A stretch of DNA of 64,000 nt, from NCBI GenBank assembly GCA_963713865.1, contig OY970208.1, positions 576,001-640,000 of the forward strand, given 5' to 3'. The notes beneath the pieces were generated by a model, which was given only the letters and a program-made list of their open reading frames with translations, ran no database searches and had not been told where the DNA came from. Shown here in pieces: positions 7,618 through 17,452 of the stretch (position 1 is its first letter; each line of letters opens with the position of its first letter). The translations under genes were made by a program, and so were the position numbers. This stretch comes from an uncultured candidate division Zixibacteria bacterium. GTDB lineage: Bacteria; Zixibacteria; MSB-5A5; RBG-16-43-9.

Positions 7618-10134
7618 ATGAAAAAAGCAATTATTTCGGTGCTTGCTCTTTTCTTATTGAGCACACCACAGATTTTTGCCTCTGGCAAAGCCAGACCGAT
7701 TCAAAATGACCAGAAGGCAAAAGAGAAGATGGTCTTGTTAAAAGCCCGGGATGGGGCTTTAACAAAGTTAAAATCTCAAAGCAAATCGAAAATAGATGTT
7801 CGTTTTGACGAAAAGGGGATTCCTACATTTTTGAAGGGTGAGCTTTCTTTACCCGCTTCTGGGGATAAAAAAGATTTCGCTTTACAATTTCTGGATGGAT
7901 ACAAAGAACTGTTTCTCCTTAAAGATCCCAGAGCTGAACTAAAAGTAAAATCAGTACAAGAGGACAAAGCAGGGAACATACATATAAGATTTGATCAGGC
8001 TTATCAGGGTATTCCAGTTTGGGGTGCTCAGCTTTTAGTCCATTTGCATAAAGACGGGTACATAAAGTCTGTGAATGGTCGTTGGGAACCTACCCCGCAA
8101 ATTGATGTTATACCAACTTTATCCAAGGAGAATGCTTTAAAGATTGCCAAGGACGACTTAAAAAATTTAGACAGTCTCTTAGAGAAGCCTGAAGTTGAGC
8201 TTTTGATTTTCCCCTGGCAAAACGAAACCCATTTAGCCTGGCAGGTAACTTTAATTCCTGACTTAGCCCACGACTGGAAATACTTTGTGGATGCGAAAAC
8301 AGGAACTATTTTGTTAAAATATAATGACGTGAAAGACGATGGGTCTGTTACTGCCTTAGGAGTTATGCTAAACGGGAGCACGGTTAGTTTAAATGCTTAT
8401 ATAATAACGAACACAATTTATCTTATAGATGCTACTAAGTCGATGTATGTTCCGCCAATTGATAGCTTAAAAGGGATAATAGTCACACTTGACGACCATA
8501 ATGATACTACTGGGACTATTCCGCCATCATACATTATTGACCCAAATTCAGATACTGTCTTCAATGACAACAATAATCTTAAAGCTGGAGTCAGTGCTCA
8601 TTATTATGTTGGCAAGGTCTATGACTACTTTTATAACACCTTTGGCAGAAATAGTTGGGATGATAATGGAGGTAGATTAATAAATATAGTTCATTTTAGA
8701 GTCAATTACAATAATGCTTTTTGGAATGGCTCATGTATGGTTTTCGGAGACGGAGATAGCTTAGAATTCTTACCTTTCGCAGGAGCCTTAGATATAACTG
8801 CTCATGAATTAGGTCATGCTGTCACACAAGCAACGGCTGGTTTAATTTATTTGGGTGAATCGGGTGCTCTAAATGAGCACCTTTCAGATGTTTGGGGTGC
8901 AATGGTGGATAGAAAGAATTGGCTAATTGGTGAGGACATCACACTAATGAGCCCTGGATTCGGGAGAGACATGGCAGACCCACACCAAGGGCTTCCAACC
9001 GTCCCAAATCTTCCCTACGCTCAACCTGCCAATATGAGCGAATATGTTGATTATCCTTCTTATGAACCTTATGACAACGGTGGAGTTCATGTAAATATGG
9101 GAATTCCAAACAAGGCCTGTTATCTTTTAGCCACAGCTATAACCAGAGATACCACCGAGCAACTATACTACCAAGCATTGAATTATTATTTGTTTCCGAC
9201 CTCAAGATTTGTTGACCTGAGACGGTATTTGCTTCAAGCGGCTGAAGACCTTTACTCCCTTTCCTCAAATTATAACCATATCATAAGTTCAATCGGGATG
9301 GCTTTCGACTCTGTGGGTGTAATTGATTTTTATAATTATGGCTTGGATATCCTTGCTTACGATGATGGAAATGCATACTACTATTTATATTCGGATGTCA
9401 ATATCTCCCATGCGGTTAGATTTACACCACATGCCCCCTGTAGCTTATTGGCTATTATAGCCCAGTTTTACACAACCGGAAACAATTCATATCTTCACAT
9501 CTGGAAAGATTCTCTGAGGTATGGAATTCCTGGAACTGAGTTGCTCAATTTGAATATAAACCGAACTATTACATCTCCAGATTGGGGATTAATAGACTTG
9601 ACTGGCTTCAATTTACATTTTGATGAAGACTTTTATGTGGGATTCACTGCTACATCTCCTGATTCTTTTCTCTTATCTGACTCTTTGATGGATGTTAATC
9701 ACTATACAGTTTATTATGATAGTGGCTCAGGTTGGTTTTGTGTAAATCCGCCGGGCGATTGGACAACGGTTCTTGGAGATCCTTTAATTCAAGCTATTGT
9801 TAAATATGACTCTTTGCCAACAGATGTAGATGAAGATGCTGTTACTCTTTTGCCAAGCACCTTCAATTTATATCAGAACTTTCCAAATCCTTTTAATCCT
9901 GAGACTGAAATCAGATATAATTTGCCAAAAGGCACTAATATCCAATTAACTGTATATAATCTCTTGGGGCAAAGGATTAGAACCTTGGTGAACGAATACC
10001 AAAATGCTGGACACAAATCTATCCACTGGGATGGTAAAGACGAGAAAGGAATAGAAGTTGCCAGCGGGATATATTTCTATCTCCTTAAAGGAGGGGAATA
10101 TAAGCAAAGCAAAAAAATGATTCTGTTAAGATAG
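7618..10134 (+). CDS. Secreted M4 (thermolysin-family) metallopeptidase with FTP/PepSY propeptide and FlgD/T9SS-like C-terminal domain
   Basis: Signal peptide; NNAFWNG, HELGH zinc motif, GALNE..SD, DNGGVH.N; C-terminal QNFPNPFNP..YNLLGQ..WDG..SGIYFY. Confidence 0.93.
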   Translation: MKKAIISVLALFLLSTPQIFASGKARPIQNDQKAKEKMVLLKARDGALTKLKSQSKSKIDVRFDEKGIPTFLKGELSLPASGDKKDFALQFLDGYKELFLLKDPRAELKVKSVQEDKAGNIHIRFDQAYQGIPVWGAQLLVHLHKDGYIKSVNGRWEPTPQIDVIPTLSKENALKIAKDDLKNLDSLLEKPEVELLIFPWQNETHLAWQVTLIPDLAHDWKYFVDAKTGTILLKYNDVKDDGSVTALGVMLNGSTVSLNAYIITNTIYLIDATKSMYVPPIDSLKGIIVTLDDHNDTTGTIPPSYIIDPNSDTVFNDNNNLKAGVSAHYYVGKVYDYFYNTFGRNSWDDNGGRLINIVHFRVNYNNAFWNGSCMVFGDGDSLEFLPFAGALDITAHELGHAVTQATAGLIYLGESGALNEHLSDVWGAMVDRKNWLIGEDITLMSPGFGRDMADPHQGLPTVPNLPYAQPANMSEYVDYPSYEPYDNGGVHVNMGIPNKACYLLATAITRDTTEQLYYQALNYYLFPTSRFVDLRRYLLQAAEDLYSLSSNYNHIISSIGMAFDSVGVIDFYNYGLDILAYDDGNAYYYLYSDVNISHAVRFTPHAPCSLLAIIAQFYTTGNNSYLHIWKDSLRYGIPGTELLNLNINRTITSPDWGLIDLTGFNLHFDEDFYVGFTATSPDSFLLSDSLMDVNHYTVYYDSGSGWFCVNPPGDWTTVLGDPLIQAIVKYDSLPTDVDEDAVTLLPSTFNLYQNFPNPFNPETEIRYNLPKGTNIQLTVYNLLGQRIRTLVNEYQNAGHKSIHWDGKDEKGIEVASGIYFYLLKGGEYKQSKKMILLR

Positions 10135-10147
10135 ATCCCCCTCCAAA

Positions 10148-10203
10148 AGGACAAAACCAGAGCCATAATCCCCAGAGCAAATGTGGAAATGATCGAGGAC
10201 TAA
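10148..10203 (+). repeat. Direct repeat copy 2 (orphan gene 3' end encoding DKTRAIIPRANVEMIED*)
   Basis: Matches 7334-7389; 10423-10467 also matches 7509-7553 (43/45). Confidence 0.95.
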
Positions 10204-10459
10204 CCGGATTTCTGGATTATAAAGTCTTCAAGGTTTGAGATTTCAACTTTATCAAACTGCAAACCCACGTTGAGGGCAACGTGGGTATACTTTTTGGGGA
10301 GTGTTAACCTTCAGGTTTACCATAAATAAAACTAAAGTTTTACACTCCAGTATAGAAATCGGTAATCCCGCCTTGCCCCCAAGGTGGGATATTTGACCTG
10401 CCGCCAGTGGAGTTCCAAGCTACGCTAAATAAGTTTTCCAGAAATATCTAAAAAATTCC

Positions 10460-10487
10460 TTGACTAAAAAAATTAATCCGATAAATT
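10460..10487 (+). promoter_or_regulatory. Candidate promoter for the membrane cassette array
   Basis: TTGACT-N16-TAAATT; the -35 side is duplicated at 7546. Confidence 0.45.
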
Positions 10488-10656
10488 AGAAGGCGAGATG
10501 GAGAACCCTTAAGAGTCTGGAGGTTCTTTCTGACAAAAAGGATTGCTCAAAACAGAAGATCTACTTTGAAGATTTGGGCAATTGATATTTAATTTTAGCC
10601 GCTAATCCATTTTAGAAGATTAGTGGTTTTTGTTTTTAATATCTTAAGGATACTCG

Positions 10657-11862
10657 GTGAGAATAGTTAGAGCAATGAGCAAGAGAAATAAGAGGATAAA
10701 CTGGAATTTAGTTTCACTCCTTTTTATTTTTAGCCTATCTATTTTAAGTCCCGCTTTTGCCCAAGAAGATACCCTTCCCCCCTCTTCACCCACAGATGTT
10801 ATGGCTAAAGATACTCCGAATGATGCGGGAGGGAGTATCACCATAACCTGGAATAAATCTATGGATGATGGTGCTGGAAAAAATAACGTGACCGGATATT
10901 TGATTTATCGTTCTGAAGAGCGGGAGGGAGAATATAAAGAGATTGGACAGGTCGCCAAAGGAAGCAAAGAGTTCACTGACGGCAACACCAAAGATAAAAT
11001 TAACTATTATTACAAGATAAAGGTTATAAATAAATCTGGTCTTTTTTCTTTTTCTGAACCCAGTCTAAGCGCTTTATCTAAAGCTCAATGGTTTTCTTCA
11101 GGGAGAAAAAATACTTTGATTGCTGCACTGATCCTGGGAGGGTTAATACTCTACTTTATAAGTCAGGCCAGAGCAGGAAAAGAGCTGTTCATTAGAAAAA
11201 TTGCCGGCTTGGACGCGGTAGACGATGCGGTTGGTAGGGCCACGGAGATGGGTAAGAAGATCCTGTATATTCCCGGCACCCAGGATATGGATAATGTCCA
11301 GACCATCGCTGGAGTTACTATCCTAAGCCGGGTTGCCAAAATAACTGCAGAATATGAAACACCACTGGAGGTGCCGGTTTCCCGTTCCTTGGTAATGATC
11401 ACCTGTCGGGAAGTGGTCAAAGAAGCATATGCTTCTGCAGGCCGTCCGGATGCCTTTAAAGAGGATATGGTCCATTACCTGACCGATGATCAATTCGGCT
11501 ATGCGGCTGGAATCGATGGCCTGATCTTGAGAGAGAAACCAGCTACCATCTTTTATCAAGGTGCTTTTTATGCAGAATCTTTAATTATGGCTGAAACCGG
11601 AAACTCCATTGGAGCGATTCAAATTGCCGGAACCGCTATGCCAGCTCAAATCCCCTTCTTTTTTGCCTCCTGTGATTACACTTTAATCGGCGAAGAGCTT
11701 TTCGCGGCATCAGCTTATCTTTCCAAAGAGCCAAAACTTCTGGGTAGCCTGAAAGGGCAGGATATTGGCAAAGCCATTATTTTGCTGATGCTGACTGCAG
11801 GGATTCTTTTCATAACCACTGGATTGTGGAGAGGGTTTGATAGTTTGTTTATAGTTCAATAG
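10657..11862 (+). CDS. Cassette 1 subunit A: signal peptide + FN3-like domain + DUF6754-like membrane-anchored domain
   Basis: PTDV..DTPND.G..ITW...Y.IYRS..YYYKI; IAGLDAVDDAVGRATEMG; LIGEELFAASAYL. Confidence 0.8.
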   Translation: MRIVRAMSKRNKRINWNLVSLLFIFSLSILSPAFAQEDTLPPSSPTDVMAKDTPNDAGGSITITWNKSMDDGAGKNNVTGYLIYRSEEREGEYKEIGQVAKGSKEFTDGNTKDKINYYYKIKVINKSGLFSFSEPSLSALSKAQWFSSGRKNTLIAALILGGLILYFISQARAGKELFIRKIAGLDAVDDAVGRATEMGKKILYIPGTQDMDNVQTIAGVTILSRVAKITAEYETPLEVPVSRSLVMITCREVVKEAYASAGRPDAFKEDMVHYLTDDQFGYAAGIDGLILREKPATIFYQGAFYAESLIMAETGNSIGAIQIAGTAMPAQIPFFFASCDYTLIGEELFAASAYLSKEPKLLGSLKGQDIGKAIILLMLTAGILFITTGLWRGFDSLFIVQ

Positions 11863-11870
11863 GAGAAAAG

Positions 11871-12524
11871 ATGCGAAGAGAAATACCCCTGATTTTGACT
11901 GCAACCGTGGGAATAGTTTATATAATCTCATTTTTCATACCCCATAGACCATTTGGCTCGGTGGAAACACTTTTCTCCGACTGGATTTTAATCATAGCCG
12001 CATTTGCCATCTGGTTAGGGGCATTAAATCTCCTGAGAGTATCGGCTGATAAAATTTACAGGAAAAAAAAGGACTGGTTTTATGCTCTGGTCACCATTTT
12101 AAGCTTTTTTTTGATTGCCATAATTGGGTTTTTCTTTTCCCGGGGCTCTCATTTTCAAGATGTCGGAACCTCTTTCGACTATCTTTATAGAAACGTATAT
12201 AACCCCCTTTCCGCCACTATGTTTGCCATCCTGGCATTTTTTGTCGCCTCAGCTTCTTACCGGGCATTTAGAGCCAGAAGCTGGGAGGCAACCCTGCTTT
12301 TGCTCGCCGCATTTTTTGTAATGTTAGGAAGGGTGCCTATCGGTGATATGATTTCCGGGTTTCTACCGGAAAATATTCGGCTCTCCGCGGTTGCTACTTT
12401 CATTATGAACATTCCTCAGTCTGCTGGACAGAGAGCTATTATGATAGGAATTGGTTTAGGTATTATCTCCACGGCTTTACGTTTAATCCTGGGGATTGAG
12501 AGAACTTATTTAGGTGGGGATTAG
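11871..12524 (+). CDS. Cassette 1 subunit B: polytopic membrane protein
   Basis: About 6 TM; MRREIP start, TMFAILAFFVASASYRAFR, LGIERTYLG end; paralogous to 15273 and 18450. Confidence 0.8.
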   Translation: MRREIPLILTATVGIVYIISFFIPHRPFGSVETLFSDWILIIAAFAIWLGALNLLRVSADKIYRKKKDWFYALVTILSFFLIAIIGFFFSRGSHFQDVGTSFDYLYRNVYNPLSATMFAILAFFVASASYRAFRARSWEATLLLLAAFFVMLGRVPIGDMISGFLPENIRLSAVATFIMNIPQSAGQRAIMIGIGLGIISTALRLILGIERTYLGGD

Positions 12525-12540
12525 AAAGAGGAGTAAAAGG

Positions 12541-13383
12541 ATGAATTTTTTTGATAAATTAATGAAGATAGACCGGAGGATAATCTTCCTCTTCGTCGCA
12601 GCTGCTGTGATTTTACCCTTTTTCTTATCTATTCACCAGAAAATTTTAATCTCCCCGGAGGTGCAGGGTTTGTATGATGCTTTTGAAAGTCTGCCCCCCG
12701 GCTCCAAAGTTATGATCTCCTATGACTATGATCCAGCTTCAGCCCCGGAGCTTCAACCTATGGCAGTGACAGCCATGAAATATTGCTTTGCCAAAGGGCT
12801 TAAAGTGATAATCCTGGGCCTTTGGCCCCAGGGCTCTATCCAGGCCAATATGGCTATTGAAAGCGCACTGGAAGATACGATTGTTAAAGAAAAAAATCCT
12901 CAATATGGGAAAGACTGGGTTAATTTAGGATACATGTCAGGAAATGAGCTGGTAATTCAAAGAATGGGAACAGATATACCGGTTACCTTCCCTCGAGATT
13001 ATCAAGGAAATCCAGTGGAAGACCTTCCTCTAATGCAGGGGATTAAAAACTTCTCAAATGTTGATTTCATTTTCAATCTTTCGGCCGGTTATCCCGGAAC
13101 AGTAGAGTGGGTGCAATTTGCCGTAGACAGGTTCCATGCTAAATTGGGGGCGGGGAATACCGCGGTACAAGCCCCGCAGATGTATCCTTATTTGCGGGCA
13201 GGCCAGTTAGTTGGCCTTCTGGGTGGCATGAAGGGAGCATCCGAGTTTGAGAAGTTAACTGACTTTGAAGGCAAGGGAACTAAATTTATGCTCTCTCAGT
13301 CCTTTTCTCATGCCATTATCATAATCTTTATAATCATCGGAAACCTGGCCTATTTTATTTCCCGAGGTATAAAGAAAAAATAG
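12541..13383 (+). CDS. Cassette 1 subunit C: TM + alpha/beta domain + TM
   Basis: DRR.IF, DYDP...PEL.P, YG.D.VNLG, YPYL..GQL.GLLGGMKGA.E.E; paralogous to 15925 and 19073. Confidence 0.8.
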   Translation: MNFFDKLMKIDRRIIFLFVAAAVILPFFLSIHQKILISPEVQGLYDAFESLPPGSKVMISYDYDPASAPELQPMAVTAMKYCFAKGLKVIILGLWPQGSIQANMAIESALEDTIVKEKNPQYGKDWVNLGYMSGNELVIQRMGTDIPVTFPRDYQGNPVEDLPLMQGIKNFSNVDFIFNLSAGYPGTVEWVQFAVDRFHAKLGAGNTAVQAPQMYPYLRAGQLVGLLGGMKGASEFEKLTDFEGKGTKFMLSQSFSHAIIIIFIIIGNLAYFISRGIKKK

Positions 13384-13395
13384 CTGGAGGAAAGT

Positions 13396-14052
13396 ATGGA
13401 AACTTTTGGACTTTGGATAGCTGCTCTTCTAACCTTGGGAATAATGTCTTTCCTATACAAGGATAACCCTATATATAAGCTCTGCGAATCTATCTTCATT
13501 GGAATCTCTGCCGGGTACTGGTTTGTCAGCCTTTTCTGGCAGAGTATGTACCCCCGGCTTTACCTGAATATCCGGGGTGCCGTATCTACCCTCTTACATG
13601 AGGGAAGGATCTCTGATGATCGGTGGCTTTACCTGGTGGCTGGGATCCTGGGAGTGATGATGCTTTTGCGCCTTATCCCGAAAATCGGCTGGATTTCCCG
13701 CTGGCCCCTTTCCTTTATAGTGGGTTCAACCGCAGGCCTTTATTTTATCACTTACCTGCAGAGCAATATAATGAACCAGATTCGTAGTACCATTATCCCG
13801 ATTTATGTGCCTGGAAACCTGGGAATCTCCATCTCAAATCTAATAGTTTTTGTGGGAGTTTTCTGCGGCCTGGTTTATTTTTTCTTTTCTCGGGAACATA
13901 AAGGGGCTTTTGGCGGAGCAGCCAAGGTGGGGATCTGGTTTCTAATGATAACCTTTGGCGCTTCCTTCGGGTTCACAGTTATGTCCCGAATGTCCCTGTT
14001 AATTGGTAGAATCGACTTTCTCTTCGGAACCTGGTTAGGCTTGATAAAATGA
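13396..14052 (+). CDS. Cassette 1 subunit D: polytopic membrane protein
   Basis: SFLYKDNP.YK..E...G.SAGY, YFFFSREHKG, FGASFG.TVMSR; paralogous to 16793 and 19918. Confidence 0.8.
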   Translation: METFGLWIAALLTLGIMSFLYKDNPIYKLCESIFIGISAGYWFVSLFWQSMYPRLYLNIRGAVSTLLHEGRISDDRWLYLVAGILGVMMLLRLIPKIGWISRWPLSFIVGSTAGLYFITYLQSNIMNQIRSTIIPIYVPGNLGISISNLIVFVGVFCGLVYFFFSREHKGAFGGAAKVGIWFLMITFGASFGFTVMSRMSLLIGRIDFLFGTWLGLIK

Positions 14053-14085
14053 CCCCAAAATTTTTAACTTGACTTTTAGGAGTAA

Positions 14086-15267
14086 ATGAAAATAACAAAA
14101 TATATTCCATTTTTAATTTTACTGATACTTCTCTTCTACGACCTGTCTTCCCCTCAAGAGGCTTTACCTCCTCTTCCTCCAACCGATGTAAGGGTTAAGG
14201 ATGCTCCTAACGATAACGGCACGGCATTAATAATCACCTGGAAACATTCACCGGATAGCAACAGGATCTTAGCTTACGAAATTTTAAGGTCTGATTCTCC
14301 AGAAGGTGAGTTCGTGGTTGTAGGAAAGGCTACTCCCAGTGATACTCTGTATAAAGATAAAGGCGATAAGGAAAAGGAAAGCCCTAACTATTTCCCCAGT
14401 CATAAAAATTACTATTATAAAGTAAGAGCAAGAATAGATAATCTTTATTCTGACTCAAAGGTCTCTTTACCAGCTTATGCTTATCAACAGTGGTACCATA
14501 CCGGTAAAACACCGGTCCTGGTAGCAGTTATAATCTTCACCATCTTAACCATTGTTTTTATAAACATAGCTAAGAAAGGGAAGGAACTTTATGTCCGGCC
14601 CCTGGCTGGAATTATGGCGGTAGATGAGGCAATTGGCAGAGCAACAGAGATGGGAAGACCTATACTTTTTATCTTAGGTTCAGGCACTGCGGCTGATATT
14701 GCTACCATTGCCGGTTTTACTATCTTAAGCCGGATAGCCAAGAAGACCGCGGAATATAAGACAAAGATTATAGTTCCCTGCAATGACCCGATTATTATGG
14801 CGGTTGCCCAAGAAACAGTCAAATCGGCTTATATGGATGCAGGCAGACCAGATGCTTATCAGGAAGAGAATATATTCTTTCTCACCTCTATGCAATTTGC
14901 CTATGCAGCAGGGGTAAATGGGATTATGTTAAGGGAGAAAACCGCCACCAATTTCTATATGGGAATGTTTTATGCGGAGGCATTGATTTTTGCTGAGACC
15001 GGTACGATTGCCGGCTCGATTCAGATATCGGGGACGGACCAGATGTCTCAGCTTCCGTTCTTTGTAGCAGCTACGGACTATACCCTAATCGGTGAGGAAC
15101 TTTACGCAGCAAGTGCCTATCTTGGTAGGGAGCCATTACTTTTGGGAGCACTCAAAGCCCAGGACTGGGCCAAAGTGATACTCTTGGTTTGCTTGATATT
15201 GGGAATTGTCTTTACCAGTTTTCATTTAGATTTCTTCGCTAACCTTTTCAAATATACTTTGGAATAA
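14086..15267 (+). CDS. Cassette 2 subunit A: FN3-like + DUF6754-like
   Basis: PTDV..DAPNDNG..ITW; IGRATEMG; LIGEELYAASAYL. Confidence 0.8.
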   Translation: MKITKYIPFLILLILLFYDLSSPQEALPPLPPTDVRVKDAPNDNGTALIITWKHSPDSNRILAYEILRSDSPEGEFVVVGKATPSDTLYKDKGDKEKESPNYFPSHKNYYYKVRARIDNLYSDSKVSLPAYAYQQWYHTGKTPVLVAVIIFTILTIVFINIAKKGKELYVRPLAGIMAVDEAIGRATEMGRPILFILGSGTAADIATIAGFTILSRIAKKTAEYKTKIIVPCNDPIIMAVAQETVKSAYMDAGRPDAYQEENIFFLTSMQFAYAAGVNGIMLREKTATNFYMGMFYAEALIFAETGTIAGSIQISGTDQMSQLPFFVAATDYTLIGEELYAASAYLGREPLLLGALKAQDWAKVILLVCLILGIVFTSFHLDFFANLFKYTLE

Positions 15268-15272
15268 AGAAT

Positions 15273-15923
15273 ATGAGAAGAGAATTGCCTATCTTAGTGG
15301 TTTTGATATCCGGGCTTTTTATGGCGGTGCAGTATTTTGTTCCCAGTGGTCCAGCAGAGTTTGTGCAGGAATATGCTATGGACTGGGTAATAATTATTGG
15401 AGCATTTGCTATGGGTTTGGGATTGTGGAGCTTGACCAAAGTTAATTGGATAAAACTTCAGAGAAGAACGCCCGGCTGGGGATATAATTTAGTAACCATT
15501 TTAGGAATGGTTTTTATGCTGGTGGTGGGACTGATTTGGGATCCAAAATTGGGGCTTTTCCCAGGAGCAAAATCGCAAGTAAGTGGAACCTGGTTTATGA
15601 ACTTTTTTGTTCATGTTTATACTCCTATCCAAGCGGTGATGTTTTCGCTGTTGGCTTTTTATATCGCCTCTGCCGCCTATCGTGCCTTTAGGGCAAGGAC
15701 TATTTTGGCTACTATCCTTTTGGTCACGGCCATAGTTATTATGTTAAGACTGATTCCGTTAGGGTCTATCTCAGGCATAAATCAGTGGTTGGCTAACTGG
15801 ATTCTGATAGTACCGAATATGGCTGCAAAAAGGGCAATCTGGATGGGAGTTGGTTTGGGTATGGTGGCTATGGCCTTGAAAATAGTCTTGGGAATTGAAC
15901 GTTCTTATATGGGCAGAGACTAA
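15273..15923 (+). CDS. Cassette 2 subunit B
   Basis: MRRELP..MFSLLAFYIASAAYRAFR..LGIERSYMG. Confidence 0.8.
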   Translation: MRRELPILVVLISGLFMAVQYFVPSGPAEFVQEYAMDWVIIIGAFAMGLGLWSLTKVNWIKLQRRTPGWGYNLVTILGMVFMLVVGLIWDPKLGLFPGAKSQVSGTWFMNFFVHVYTPIQAVMFSLLAFYIASAAYRAFRARTILATILLVTAIVIMLRLIPLGSISGINQWLANWILIVPNMAAKRAIWMGVGLGMVAMALKIVLGIERSYMGRD

Positions 15924-15924
15924 T

Positions 15925-16782
15925 ATGGATTTTTATGACAGACTAATGAATTTGGATCGCAGGTGGGTTTATCTGTTTGTGGCGATTGCGGTGATTTTGC
16001 CGATCCTTTTGCAGGACTTTGGAGTTCCGATAATCATACCCCCATATATCACCCCAGAGACAAAAAGCGTTTACAGTTTTGTAGAAAAGCTGCAAGCTGG
16101 TGATGTACTTTTTTTGGCAATAGATTATGATCCAATGGCTATGGCGGAGTTGCATCCTGTAGCCAGAGCTATATTGAAGCAATGTTTCAAAAAAGATGTT
16201 AAAGTAATTATTTCCGCTTTAAGCCAGAATGGTCCGGGAATGGCAGAACAGCTCATATCCCAAACTGGCCGAGAATACAATAAAGTTAATGGGGTGGATT
16301 ATGTTTACTTGGGTTATAAGCCCTTTCCCGCCATTGTGATTATGGGTATGAGTCAGAACTTTAAACTCTTTTTCCCCAAAGATTATTACGGCAACCCGCT
16401 TGATTCTTTGCCAATGATGACAAAGATAAGAAGTATCAAAGAAACCAAAGGAGTAATTGATGTTGCAGCAGGGAGCGTGGCTGACTATTGGATAAACGAA
16501 GGAGCTGGAAGATATAATTATCCTTTGGCTTTGTGTGTAACCGGGGTTATGGCAGCGGATTATTATCCTTTTTTGAATTCCGGCCAGATATTTGGTCTTA
16601 TAGGAGGAATGAAAGGCGCGGCCGAATATGAGTATTTGGCAGAAAAAGGTGGGTACATGAAAAAAGAAGAGCTTAAGGCTACGCAAGGAATGCCCATACA
16701 GACTTTTGCCCATATTGTAGTCATACTCTTCATTATCATTGGGAATGTTGGGTATTTTATGTCCAAAAGAAAGAAATCTTAA
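15925..16782 (+). CDS. Cassette 2 subunit C
   Basis: DRRWVY, DYDP..AELHP, YPFLNSGQIFGLIGGMKGAAEYE. Confidence 0.8.
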   Translation: MDFYDRLMNLDRRWVYLFVAIAVILPILLQDFGVPIIIPPYITPETKSVYSFVEKLQAGDVLFLAIDYDPMAMAELHPVARAILKQCFKKDVKVIISALSQNGPGMAEQLISQTGREYNKVNGVDYVYLGYKPFPAIVIMGMSQNFKLFFPKDYYGNPLDSLPMMTKIRSIKETKGVIDVAAGSVADYWINEGAGRYNYPLALCVTGVMAADYYPFLNSGQIFGLIGGMKGAAEYEYLAEKGGYMKKEELKATQGMPIQTFAHIVVILFIIIGNVGYFMSKRKKS

Positions 16783-16792
16783 GGAGACAAAG

Positions 16793-17452
16793 GTGACTTT
16801 GGTTAACTTTATCTGGCTTACCGTTGAAGCTATGCTGGTCCTGTTTACCTTCTCTTTTTTATACAAAGATAATCCGTTTTATAAATTCGCCGAGCATCTG
16901 GTAGTGGGAGTCTCAGCCGGGTATTTTGCAGTCCTCCTTTATTATAGCTCTTTTGTACCAAAGGTCATAGATACCATATTCAAACAGGGCTGGTGGTATT
17001 ACTCTATTCCGGCGATCTTGGGGGTTTTGATGTGGACACGCTTTTCCAAGAAATTCTCATGGATATCACGTTTTTCTATTGCCTTCTACATGGGCATAGG
17101 AACTGGTGCAGCTATACCTTTGACATTGCAAAATTACGTGTTGATACACTTAAGGAAGACCATACAACCGGTCAATTTCACCAGCTTAAATGGCATCTGG
17201 CAGTTTTTGGTGGTGTTATTTGTTTTTTCCACTTTGACCTATTTCTTCTTTTCCCGGGAACACAAAGGTCTATTTGGTGCCTCAGCTAAATTAGGTATCT
17301 GGGTATTGATGATAGCCTTTGGAGCAGGATTTGGCCTTACCGTTATGGGCAGGGTCGCCCTTCTGGCTGAAAGGGTCATATTTTTAAGAGACTACTTCGT
17401 CGGGATGAAATATTATCTCTATCTGTTACTTAAATATGGATTACCATTATGA
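16793..17452 (+). CDS. Cassette 2 subunit D
   Basis: GTG start after AAGGAG; SFLYKDNPFYKFAEH, YFFFSREHKG. Confidence 0.8.
   Translation: MTLVNFIWLTVEAMLVLFTFSFLYKDNPFYKFAEHLVVGVSAGYFAVLLYYSSFVPKVIDTIFKQGWWYYSIPAILGVLMWTRFSKKFSWISRFSIAFYMGIGTGAAIPLTLQNYVLIHLRKTIQPVNFTSLNGIWQFLVVLFVFSTLTYFFFSREHKGLFGASAKLGIWVLMIAFGAGFGLTVMGRVALLAERVIFLRDYFVGMKYYLYLLLKYGLPL

Noticed and set aside
10490-10530. Fluoride or glycine riboswitch (GGCGAGATGG.., GGAGA..)
   Set aside because: The downstream conserved elements of those families are not present
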